Positions 54,998 to 63,949 of a stretch of DNA of 64,000 bases are shown in pieces. Source of the stretch: a virus; IMG/VR virus record IMGVR_UViG_3300009347_000008; one strand, 5' to 3'. The position numbers were made by a program, and so were the translations under genes. The notes below the pieces were generated by a model that ran no database searches, was not told the origin of the DNA, and saw only the letters and a list, made by a program, of their open reading frames with translations. Position 1 is the first letter of the stretch. Every line of letters begins with the position of its first letter.

Positions 54998-55945
54998 TCA
55001 CTTGATATTCAAGAGTTTGTTAACAAGGACGGTGTCTTCCAGATTACCATTGAAGACAAGCTTGGCAGCATCTCTGTACATATCTTGAATTTCATCCATA
55101 CTGAGATTAGAAATATACGCACTAAAGAATTTAATCTTAGCGTTATATTCCTTGCTACCTATCTTGAGATTCTTGACTTGATTAAAGACGAATGGGAATT
55201 CAGACTTATAACCAGGGGCCGGAGTATCAGCATGTGTATCTGCCTGAGCTACTTCAGTCTTCTCTTGAGAAAGAACCTGATCAATAGGAACTGCTACAGG
55301 TATTGCCTTTGCATCAGTCAAAGCTATCTCGATCAAACTAAGCGCAGTAACGATACCCGAACTTACAGCTTCATTAACTTCGGAGAAAGAACTCGTAGGA
55401 TCATTCACCAGATTAATGAATTCAGCAGATCGTTTACTAACCATTGCTGCTGCTTGTACACGATCTTCACGCTTGAGACGTTTGATGATCTCAGCGAGTG
55501 CCTTGTCAGAGTTTTCAATACTCAACATATTGGTTGAGTTTACCAGATCATCAACAGCGGCAACGAACTCATCCAATACTGGAACCACAAAGGAGGTGAA
55601 AGCTTCTGGTTTCTTCGTATGCAGAGCCAACAGATGCTGGCATTCGTGAACGAAACGCAAGGCGCCCACATTAGAGTTGAGGTTATACTTCGTGATGTCG
55701 CCCAACATCTTACGAACGGTATTAACCTTCATCTCCATACCAATGTATTGCGAACCATTATCACCCATCAAATCGTTGTTGACTTGATTGATATAATCGG
55801 CAGCCATATGGAAATCGCCACTACTAATAGTGGTATCAATACCAGAACTCAAAACATCGTGAAGATACTTGAATTGCTGATATTCCTTAGACTGGAATAG
55901 TTGACGTACAGCGTCTAGAAAAGAAATTTCAGGCATTTTAGTCAA
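54998..55945 (-). CDS. Hypothetical protein (315 aa), immediately downstream of the ACP gene
   Basis: ORF; contains a His/Cys cluster (HECQHLLALH). Confidence 0.55.
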   Translation of the reverse strand: MTKMPEISFLDAVRQLFQSKEYQQFKYLHDVLSSGIDTTISSGDFHMAADYINQVNNDLMGDNGSQYIGMEMKVNTVRKMLGDITKYNLNSNVGALRFVHECQHLLALHTKKPEAFTSFVVPVLDEFVAAVDDLVNSTNMLSIENSDKALAEIIKRLKREDRVQAAAMVSKRSAEFINLVNDPTSSFSEVNEAVSSGIVTALSLIEIALTDAKAIPVAVPIDQVLSQEKTEVAQADTHADTPAPGYKSEFPFVFNQVKNLKIGSKEYNAKIKFFSAYISNLSMDEIQDMYRDAAKLVFNGNLEDTVLVNKLLNIK

Positions 55946-56357
55946 TCAGTTGATTTGTATTGATAGCGTGCAAAGTGCTATCAAGGAATTGAACAAAGTA
56001 CTGGATATACATAGCGTTACCCAGCCAGACAGCTTCATGGGGGAAGTTAGGCTCTTGAGTTTGAATCAAGTTAGACTTAGCCACCTTACCATTGACCATC
56101 AACAAAGACAGAGGTGTGCCACCACGACGATAGTGCATCATCAACTCACCCGCTTCTGAGGTATCGATGTACAAGAACTTGATGCGTCCATTGTAGACCT
56201 TTACCATGGTCTCCAGCGTACCCAGCATTTTACCACAGCTACTGCAACCACCGGCAGTAAATGTAAGCATAACTGGAATAGGGCTGTTGGCTACTTCATC
56301 GACAAACTCAGTAGCATTGATTCGTTTGACACCTTGTGCCGCAAATGTTTGGTTCAT
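55938..56357 (-). CDS. Thioredoxin-fold protein (139 aa)
   Basis: CxxC motif (TAGGCSSCGKM) preceded by a beta strand (VMLTF), as in thioredoxin-like proteins. Confidence 0.5.
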   Translation of the reverse strand: MNQTFAAQGVKRINATEFVDEVANSPIPVMLTFTAGGCSSCGKMLGTLETMVKVYNGRIKFLYIDTSEAGELMMHYRRGGTPLSLLMVNGKVAKSNLIQTQEPNFPHEAVWLGNAMYIQYFVQFLDSTLHAINTNQLID

Positions 56358-56389
56358 TTCATATCCTTCGTTAGGTTGTTGTACCTAAA

Positions 56390-56839
56390 TTATTCTTTAT
56401 CCTTGTTAAAAAATAAAACTTGATTGGTGTATAGAGGACGCCTCTCATCAGAATAATAACTCTCATGTATTTGTTTCTTCTCCTGGGCTATTCTAAAAGC
56501 TTGCCAAGGATCTAAGAACCAATCATCTAAAGTACTAAAACCTACAATATACTCTTGTATTCGAGCATATAAAGGATTAGCACCCAGATACATATAAAGA
56601 GCAGTTATACTGTCGTGGTGTGTGATGAACCTAGTGCTGCTAATAGCTTTGCCCTGGTAGAGTAAAGCTATAGCATGGATTTTATCTACTTTATCAGCAG
56701 TTAACTCACTAGCAATTTTCAACGATGGACCTTTGACACCTTCTAGTATTTCTCCATCAGCCAAATTATACATCTGTATATAACCTTTGGAGTCCACTTG
56801 TCTATAGTTCCATGTAAGATAATCTTCAGGTAACGGCAT
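56390..56839 (-). CDS. Hypothetical protein (149 aa)
   Basis: ORF. Confidence 0.5.
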   Translation of the reverse strand: MPLPEDYLTWNYRQVDSKGYIQMYNLADGEILEGVKGPSLKIASELTADKVDKIHAIALLYQGKAISSTRFITHHDSITALYMYLGANPLYARIQEYIVGFSTLDDWFLDPWQAFRIAQEKKQIHESYYSDERRPLYTNQVLFFNKDKE

Positions 56840-57297
56840 TACGCTGTCTTATTACCTGCTGCATTCTTCATCTTGAATGGCTTGAGGTCTTTGATCACAT
56901 ACGGGGCTGCGAGTTTAAAACCTTCGGCTATTCCACTTTTGTAGAACTCTTGGGCATTTTTATTAAACAACTCTATTCGTTGCTCAACGCCTAAGTTCTC
57001 ATATGCCAGAGGAACACTGTGTTTTTGTCTGGTGCCTACAGCACCTTCCTCATAAGCATCGTAGTAATAAGGACGAATACAAATACGAACCTTATCAAAG
57101 ATTAAGAAAGCTCCAAGGTTCTTATCACCTTGCCACAATACAGCAGCATGACCTTTTTCAATCTTTACCAAAGTGTTATTCGTCTCTTCCTCTACATAGC
57201 CACCTAGTTTCTTCACATGACCTATGAGAGTATCCACATCCATTATCTTATCGGCATCTGTGTAACTTGCCATTTCTAATCCTCTAAAAGATTGCAT
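56839..57297 (-). CDS. Hypothetical protein (152 aa)
   Basis: ORF. Confidence 0.5.
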   Translation of the reverse strand: MQSFRGLEMASYTDADKIMDVDTLIGHVKKLGGYVEEETNNTLVKIEKGHAAVLWQGDKNLGAFLIFDKVRICIRPYYYDAYEEGAVGTRQKHSVPLAYENLGVEQRIELFNKNAQEFYKSGIAEGFKLAAPYVIKDLKPFKMKNAAGNKTA

Positions 57298-57550
57298 CCT
57301 TGATGAACATGAAATGCTCCATCAATTCGTCTTTGTTCTCACATATTTGTTTAGTCAAGCAAACAGAAGTTTCATTCTTTTGTTTCATCAACTTAACATG
57401 ATAGGTATCTTGTCCTGCTACCATGACCTTACTCACCAGCAAGGATAGTACGTCATTACTTTGATAGATGGAGTGCTTTTGGTTAATAGCTTGTTGAAAG
57501 AAACTATTGACTTTATCCAAACTACCCACTACTGCTACTGACTGTCTCAT
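57284..57550 (-). CDS. Hypothetical protein (88 aa)
   Basis: ORF. Confidence 0.4.
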   Translation of the reverse strand: MRQSVAVVGSLDKVNSFFQQAINQKHSIYQSNDVLSLLVSKVMVAGQDTYHVKLMKQKNETSVCLTKQICENKDELMEHFMFIKDAIF

Positions 57551-57568
57551 GGTAGAATCCTTTCGCCT

Positions 57569-58129
57569 CTATGGCTCCAATCGTAAGCTCGCTACTATAG
57601 TCCTAAAGCTCAATGACTTGAACTCAATCTCCCTCAGATAGCGATCACATTTATGGTTGAATGCTCCTTGACTCTCTATCAAGTAAACATAACTTCCACT
57701 TCTCAATTCTACTTCCTTGAAGTATTCACTCAGCTCATGAGAGGCCACATGGTACTGAGGTCTGAAGTGAATATATTGAGTACAGTACTGATCATGTTCC
57801 CAATCAGGAACACTAAACAATTGAGCAGTTGTCTGTGCCAACCAAGGAAGCATCACATTATCAAGATGTTCTATGGTAAGTAAACTAGCTCTAGCTACAT
57901 TCGTGAGGTGTTCTTCTACGTTCTTTTGTTCTTGCTTTACTCTGCTTTGTAGACGTTTATCGTAAGTGATTGGATGAAACACATCACTAAACCTAAAGAG
58001 TGGTTTTGGATCTTTTTTCAAAGCTAGTATATGGTCCAGTGCTCCCTTGAACTCTGACCTAGCCATATGCAGCTCCATTACTAACTTGTCATACCTATCG
58101 CTGTTTTCATATATCTTAGTAAAGTCCAT
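57569..58129 (-). CDS. Hypothetical protein (186 aa)
   Basis: ORF. Confidence 0.5.
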   Translation of the reverse strand: MDFTKIYENSDRYDKLVMELHMARSEFKGALDHILALKKDPKPLFRFSDVFHPITYDKRLQSRVKQEQKNVEEHLTNVARASLLTIEHLDNVMLPWLAQTTAQLFSVPDWEHDQYCTQYIHFRPQYHVASHELSEYFKEVELRSGSYVYLIESQGAFNHKCDRYLREIEFKSLSFRTIVASLRLEP

Positions 58130-58605
58130 TTCATTATCCTTTCATAAAGTCATAGATACTGACTCTTTATGTACTATTAAAAAAATACTGTTACTATTGA
58201 TACTGTGGGTACGTACATACATACATAATGGGGGGCTACGCCCCCCTAGTATATATTATTAAGTTAGTATGTCTACTGCGTAGAAGACTCCGTAGGATGG
58301 TCTTCGCTCGCTGGTATAGTCTCATCCTTCGTCTACCTTCGGTATCCTCAGTCCTCGTCTATCCTCTAGCTCGCTCAGACTGAAAAAATCAATCTGAGCA
58401 TACTATTGAAGTATCAATAAAATTTAGATAAAAACAAATAGATTAATAAAGTAAAGCTTCTAGCTTTACAATGAAATCATTTAATTTAATAGAGTATATA
58501 CGAGTAGTAAACTACTCGATTAAGAGAATGATAAAGACATGTATATATAGGGCGCAAAAATTGTGATTTGGATTTTTTAAGTTATCTAGAAAAAAAAACA
58601 AAAAA

Positions 58606-58630
58606 AAAGACTCTCCATATGGAGAGTCTT
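58606..58630. terminator. Hairpin GACTCTCCATATGGAGAGTC between an A-run and a T-run
   Basis: Perfect palindrome at the right edge of the 520-nt non-coding region. Confidence 0.6.
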
Positions 58631-58649
58631 TTATGACGCTTACTATGGC

Positions 58650-59330
58650 TTAACTACAGTGCGCTTTGACGATGCGTTCCATGAGAACTTTTCCATCTAG
58701 TCCAAACTCACTGAACTTCATCTCGGCCATTTTGCGTGCATCGTTGCCACGGCGCCATACTCTGATGCCGTCACTGTAGTCATAGCTATGATCAAGGGAG
58801 AAGGCAAGGTCAACCAGATCTTTAAAGCCGTCATCCTTAGACATAGTCAGGATTTCAGCCTTGAGGTCAGCAATTTTCTTTAAGTATGCTTGACTCCTAG
58901 CTTCTTCTTCATTGCGACGCTTGACTCTCTCGGCATGTGCAGCCATGAGCTTCTCAGTAGTCTGATCATTCATGTTGTTCATGAAGTTACCACTGAAATA
59001 ACCAAGCGACTTACTCAATTCTACCTTCAAGACAGTGTAATCATCGTAGGTGAAAGTATCTGTTTTGTTATCGACTTCACCAACCAGGATCAGACCATAG
59101 ATTGAGGTAATGTAATCCCGTCCCCCCTTAGTAGTGCCAAGATTATATCTTTCGTTGGCCGCTTCGGTTTGCTTCTTAAACTCTTCAATGACTTCTGGAT
59201 CGATGATCCAGAGGGTCTGATTACTGTAGAAGGCGTTGAATGCTCCAAAGGAGTAGTGGCTGCTTACCAATGTCAGATTATTGGCGTACCATTGTTGCAG
59301 ATTTGTCAGCATGATGTTTTTTCCTTTCAA
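58650..59330 (-). CDS. Hypothetical protein (226 aa)
   Basis: ORF downstream of promoter-like box copy 5. Confidence 0.55.
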   Translation of the reverse strand: MKGKNIMLTNLQQWYANNLTLVSSHYSFGAFNAFYSNQTLWIIDPEVIEEFKKQTEAANERYNLGTTKGGRDYITSIYGLILVGEVDNKTDTFTYDDYTVLKVELSKSLGYFSGNFMNNMNDQTTEKLMAAHAERVKRRNEEEARSQAYLKKIADLKAEILTMSKDDGFKDLVDLAFSLDHSYDYSDGIRVWRRGNDARKMAEMKFSEFGLDGKVLMERIVKAHCS

Positions 59331-59395
59331 ATTGTCTAACGATCATCACTCGTTAGACTGGTTTATAAAGAACTTATAACTAAGCTCATTTTTAC

Positions 59396-59420
59396 TATAT
59401 ATTGCTGAAAATTTTTTATT
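59396..59420 (-). promoter_or_regulatory. Promoter-like box copy 5 (TATATATTGCTGAAAATTTTTTATT)
   Basis: Same hairpin-then-box arrangement; ~60-90 nt upstream of start codon 59330. Confidence 0.5.
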
Positions 59421-59428
59421 ACTGCATA

Positions 59429-59452
59429 AGAGAGTACCCGAAGGTACTCTCT
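59429..59452. terminator. Hairpin AGAGAGTACC-CGAA-GGTACTCTCT (an exact copy of 12503-12526)
   Basis: Identical 24-mer at the two loci. Confidence 0.7.
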
Positions 59453-59455
59453 TAA

Positions 59456-60415
59456 TCAATAAAATATTCTAGTCTTTACAGCATCACTGATGAACTTAGA
59501 CTTTAGGTTTATTCCTAATTTACTCTCCCATTGTTCACGGGTTCTGTAGGTGCCTAGTCCATATCTTTTCATATCCACCAAGTTAGATGGATTTCTTACA
59601 TAATCTATATCGAAGAGATACCTTAGTCTGTCGTAAGCGACTTGGTTGAATTCATTCACTTTCTTGTTATGGTCTTCCCAGTGTAGAGTCCTATCTCTTA
59701 TATTGGTTCTATCCATGATGTTGTAATAGTGGTACATATAGCTTTCAGTCGGTGCATATATGTCTATACCATGGGTGTAAAGCCTCAGAGCATAGCTAGG
59801 CTCTTCTCCAAAGAAGTAAAGGTTCGGATCATAGGGTACGGTGTCAAAAACGCTCCTATGGCCAAATAACGAACCACCAGCTATCCCAAAAGTTCCGCAT
59901 TCATTGATTGGCTTTATTGCTCTAGGTAATATCCCTGAAGAGAAACGCGGTATACCTGGATCATTTATCTCTTTAATAACAAAATAGATGTAGGGATTTT
60001 CTTTGTAGTTTATAGGTTGATTGGGTGTGTAGTTTGGCGGATAGTACGTTATGACAGCATTACGTTTACCAAGCTGACTGTACATGTTAAGTAAAGTCTC
60101 ATCCCATCCAGGTTTAAATCTGGAATGTGAATCGATCTGAAGAACATATTCTTCCTGTTCTCTTAACTTAGTAAGTATTCTTGACCTAGCCCAACACACT
60201 CCTTTAGAATCCCTATAGTCCATGACCTCTTGCCTAATACGTCTACCGAAAGAAGATAAGAACTTGAACTCTGTTCTTCTATCGATTTGGCTTAATATAC
60301 CGACGTATACGCGTTCAGGGTACTTAGCCTTAGCCAAGAGATCAGATACGGTCATAAACGTCTCTGGGTCTCTATACGAGGCCACAGAGACGAATATGGT
60401 TGAATCTTTATTCAC
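59456..60415 (-). CDS. Glycosyltransferase-like protein (GT-A fold; 319 aa)
   Basis: N-terminal STIFVSVASYRDPE...VYVGILSQID resembles the start of GT-A (family-2-like) transferases; the call is tentative. Confidence 0.45.
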   Translation of the reverse strand: MNKDSTIFVSVASYRDPETFMTVSDLLAKAKYPERVYVGILSQIDRRTEFKFLSSFGRRIRQEVMDYRDSKGVCWARSRILTKLREQEEYVLQIDSHSRFKPGWDETLLNMYSQLGKRNAVITYYPPNYTPNQPINYKENPYIYFVIKEINDPGIPRFSSGILPRAIKPINECGTFGIAGGSLFGHRSVFDTVPYDPNLYFFGEEPSYALRLYTHGIDIYAPTESYMYHYYNIMDRTNIRDRTLHWEDHNKKVNEFNQVAYDRLRYLFDIDYVRNPSNLVDMKRYGLGTYRTREQWESKLGINLKSKFISDAVKTRIFY

Positions 60416-60782
60416 TCAGTACAGTTTCAGACACAATGTCGCCGTCGCTGTCATAGACAACCCTGTATCTGGCCTCTTGAAGAATGGTAATACCATCTTT
60501 AGCAAAGACAGTCACTACCTTAAGATTCAACTTAGGTGGTACTTCTGCTGGTTCATCAGGGTCAATCTCATAAGTAGTCCTCCTGATTACTGTGCCATCT
60601 ACTCGTTTATGAGTAATGGTTTTAAACTTACCTGTAATAGGATCTTTATTCTCGTAATCAGTGTTGACATCCAAGGCGCTATGAATGGTGATATTCTCTA
60701 AGAATAAAATACGATTCACGACTGCCGTTACATCAGCAGCAGTACGTTTAGCCAACGCTGTAGCTTCAGACCAAACACTCAT
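60408..60782 (-). CDS. Hypothetical protein (124 aa)
   Basis: ORF with overlapping stop/start on both sides. Confidence 0.5.
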   Translation of the reverse strand: MSVWSEATALAKRTAADVTAVVNRILFLENITIHSALDVNTDYENKDPITGKFKTITHKRVDGTVIRRTTYEIDPDEPAEVPPKLNLKVVTVFAKDGITILQEARYRVVYDSDGDIVSETVLSE

Positions 60783-61594
60783 TATACATTCCTTTCAATA
60801 AATGTACTACCAGTGGCAGTACCAAGAGCTGCCGTATACTCCGCAACTAAATCTACGGGATCACCAAGATCTTCTTTACTAGCGGCACCAATGTTATTTC
60901 TAGCTTGGCCCTTTTGCGCAACAGTTAAACTCTGACCTGTATTGTATCTAACCATGTTTCCTAATTCAGTAGCTAAACTAGTGGCCAGATTAGGATCAGT
61001 TGCCAGATATGCAGCTAAGGAACTGAGCGCATCATAAGCTGCGGCATGGTTATCAAGTAGATCATTCTTAACTGCTATTTGTGATTGCAGAAGTTGGTCG
61101 ACAATCTTAGCCACAGACCAAGTAGCGTCTGTAGCAGTGGTAGAATCATCCTTGATTGTTACAGCGCTGGTGATTAAGTCCAGCTTGTGTTTCATGTTAG
61201 AGATATCAAGGAGAATGTCTTTGATGTCTCTACCAATTGTGAAGATAGTCTGATTGTACGGTTTAGTTGGTACAGGCGTATTACTAGCACCTGTTTTACC
61301 ATTCGTATAATCAGCTATAGCGTTGAAGTATTCACCAGCTAACTTGAAACCACCATCTTGTCCGTAGGCAATAATGTTATCAGGATCTTCACTCACGAAG
61401 ACAATCAAACCTCTAGCACCTGCCGAGATAGCGTAGGGTAAGGCATTCCATGCATGGATACCGTTACCAATTTTAAAGAAATTTGAATCTCTTTCTACAC
61501 CGATTTCAAGATTGGCTAATACTGGATTGCTGGTAGTCCATTGTGCACTACTATTCTTAGTAATGACATATGTTCTATTCGGAGCAGTTGCCAT
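60782..61594 (-). CDS. Tail-fibre-like protein (270 aa)
   Basis: AQKGQARNNIGAASKEDLG resembles the ARxNLG/IGA repeat seen in phage tail-fibre proteins; GC is moderately elevated. Confidence 0.4.
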   Translation of the reverse strand: MATAPNRTYVITKNSSAQWTTSNPVLANLEIGVERDSNFFKIGNGIHAWNALPYAISAGARGLIVFVSEDPDNIIAYGQDGGFKLAGEYFNAIADYTNGKTGASNTPVPTKPYNQTIFTIGRDIKDILLDISNMKHKLDLITSAVTIKDDSTTATDATWSVAKIVDQLLQSQIAVKNDLLDNHAAAYDALSSLAAYLATDPNLATSLATELGNMVRYNTGQSLTVAQKGQARNNIGAASKEDLGDPVDLVAEYTAALGTATGSTFIERNV

Positions 61595-61602
61595 ATAAAA
61601 CC

Positions 61603-62121
61603 TTAATTACAGTAAAACAAATTGAGGTCAATGACCTCATAAGACAACTGTTGAGCTTCATTAAAGACATTGACCAGATTTTTAGGACAAAGCATCAGAT
61701 CGAGTTTGCCAGAAAAACGTTTATGTATGTCTGCACGATCACCTGGCTCTGTCTTGGAAGAATTCACATAAGTCAATAAATCAATAACAACTTCATCATC
61801 AGTTAGAGAAGTGTAGAAACGAATACCAACATCCTTTTGTTTGTATTCAGTTACTACCAGAACTTTCGAGAAATCCAAGAGAATAACTTGTTGACTTGCA
61901 GAGAAAGCATTTCTGTATTCAGCCAACAAACCACCATCATAAAATTTAACTTCCCAGATGTCCTTGAGTTTCTGAACTCCTCCGTTTTCTATCCCTACAG
62001 TCATCTCACCAATATGGTGGAGAGATTTACATAGATAGACTTCAGCAATACTTGGTATAGCTCTACCATCGTGAGAGTCTCGGTAGGTATCGTTATAATA
62101 AGTGTGGATTTGTGATTTCAT
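61603..62121 (-). CDS. Hypothetical protein (172 aa)
   Basis: ORF. Confidence 0.5.
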   Translation of the reverse strand: MKSQIHTYYNDTYRDSHDGRAIPSIAEVYLCKSLHHIGEMTVGIENGGVQKLKDIWEVKFYDGGLLAEYRNAFSASQQVILLDFSKVLVVTEYKQKDVGIRFYTSLTDDEVVIDLLTYVNSSKTEPGDRADIHKRFSGKLDLMLCPKNLVNVFNEAQQLSYEVIDLNLFYCN

Positions 62122-62190
62122 ACAAAGAAAAAATAAAAGACAACCACTGAAGACGCATATGCGTCATAATCAGATAATTGCCTCTTACTT

Positions 62191-62691
62191 TTATAATTTC
62201 AGTTTAAGCTGTTCATAGAGATAAACGTTTACATTTTTACAATTGCCAACGTTCTTAAAACCCATCTCTACACCAAAGAGTGCAATAGCACCAGATCGAC
62301 TAACACCCATATCACATTGAACGATAACATTCAAATTCTCAGCCAGAGCTTTGGCTAATATGGAATGAATCTTATCAATGTCTTGTTGACTAGGTTTAGT
62401 TTGATCGAAGCCATGATCAGTTTTCTTGACATCATGAAAAAAGAACCTATGACGGTTCTTTTCTCTTACCCAATCAGATAAACCTTTTGGGTAAGTATTA
62501 ATGTCGAAAGCACTGATCTGTATCAGAACACAGTCTGATTTATACTTGAATAATTTATCCTTTTTAAAGGAATACCCAGAGTACAAATCAAATCTAGAAA
62601 AGTTACAGATCCAAGGCATGTTACCTCTTGATAACAGTGGCAGGCGCACAGCGGTAATTAGTCCGGGTACTACGATCACTGAGTGCTTCAT
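62191..62691 (-). CDS. Dual-specificity/protein-tyrosine phosphatase (166 aa)
   Basis: CX5R P-loop: VQCDMGVSRSGAIALF (HCxxGxxRSG signature), with an upstream Asp-containing general-acid region. Confidence 0.65.
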   Translation of the reverse strand: MKHSVIVVPGLITAVRLPLLSRGNMPWICNFSRFDLYSGYSFKKDKLFKYKSDCVLIQISAFDINTYPKGLSDWVREKNRHRFFFHDVKKTDHGFDQTKPSQQDIDKIHSILAKALAENLNVIVQCDMGVSRSGAIALFGVEMGFKNVGNCKNVNVYLYEQLKLKL

Positions 62692-62839
62692 AATGGCGCT
62701 GCAATGATTCGCAGCTATTTCGATCTTTGAACTCTTCCAGCTTGGTAGGGGCGAAGCTACCGTTAGAACTTACAGCGATCAATACCCAGATTGCAAATTC
62801 GGTCATCATGATTTTCCTTAAAAGTACGGATACATAAAA

Positions 62840-62858
62840 AGGAGAGCCGAAGCTCTCC
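62840..62858. terminator. Hairpin GGAGAGC-CGAA-GCTCTCC
   Basis: CCCGAAGG-family hairpin flanked by CATAAAAA. Confidence 0.55.
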
Positions 62859-62862
62859 CCAC

Positions 62863-63891
62863 TTATTGTTGAACTGGAACAAGAGCCACAACGGTCTCGC
62901 CTTCTTCCCAGATGTAGGTTGCCTTCATTTGATGAGCAAATTCCAAACTACGTTTCTTGTCCTCTGTCATGAAACGATAAAGTTCGTAGTCACCAATAGT
63001 TTCGTAAGTGATACAAGAACCTTTCACAGGCAAAATGGTTTTCATCACATCGCGGCTCATACCCGATGGGCAGGAGAAAGCTTTGATGATGAAACGACGA
63101 GGAACGCCAGTGAGGAAGTTTTTGATGCCCTTAGTAGGAATGACCAACAAACGTTCCTTACCGTGGATCTTAGAGATCTGACGAACTTGATCCAAACGGA
63201 GTCGATAGCCATCAGGGTCGTCAATCAGACGCAGATCACGGATAGCACTGCGAATATTCGCTTTACTGAATGCTCGCTCAAGAGTCACACGCAAGTTATG
63301 AATCTTGACTTGATTATCAACTGTTTTCATACCCTTGTGGGCATAGTTGATGTAGAGTGCAATGTCACGAACCAAAGACACCAGACACATAGTGGTCGAG
63401 GGCTTTTCATTCATGAACATTTGTTGATTGACATTGTAAGCAATACTATTGTCAACCAGTGCTTGTTCAGCACCATACCAATCGTCACAGGGACGAATGA
63501 TTTCCAGGCTGTCAGTTTCCTTGAGGTTCTGATACATGTTACGATAGACAAACATCTTGGTATGATGTTTACCCATATAACCCTTCAGATACTTTTCAGG
63601 AATGTAGCAGCCAAAATTAATGACTTGATCATAGTCACCAACAGGTGGAGTAGCTTCCAAGGGATGGAAGGAATGGACACTGATATTTTTATCGAAGTCC
63701 AACTTGCTGATCCATAGAGCAGCACCTACCATCGAATCGATATTGTTCTTATCGACCAAACACAGAATCGTCTGACATTTATTCTCGATGGTCACTTCTT
63801 CCACATCCAGAACAATGGGATCAATTTTGCGACGAGTAAATGATCCGAGATCGTGGAAGAAAGACTTGTTGTCGAGCACGATAGAAGACAT
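62863..63891 (-). CDS. Hypothetical protein (342 aa)
   Basis: ORF; the antisense ORF 62866..63717 was rejected. Confidence 0.55.
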   Translation of the reverse strand: MSSIVLDNKSFFHDLGSFTRRKIDPIVLDVEEVTIENKCQTILCLVDKNNIDSMVGAALWISKLDFDKNISVHSFHPLEATPPVGDYDQVINFGCYIPEKYLKGYMGKHHTKMFVYRNMYQNLKETDSLEIIRPCDDWYGAEQALVDNSIAYNVNQQMFMNEKPSTTMCLVSLVRDIALYINYAHKGMKTVDNQVKIHNLRVTLERAFSKANIRSAIRDLRLIDDPDGYRLRLDQVRQISKIHGKERLLVIPTKGIKNFLTGVPRRFIIKAFSCPSGMSRDVMKTILPVKGSCITYETIGDYELYRFMTEDKKRSLEFAHQMKATYIWEEGETVVALVPVQQ

Positions 63892-63949
63892 GGGGGTTCC
63901 TTTTAAAATAGGTTAAATTGCGTAGAGTCATTTCTAACTCATAACAAGA

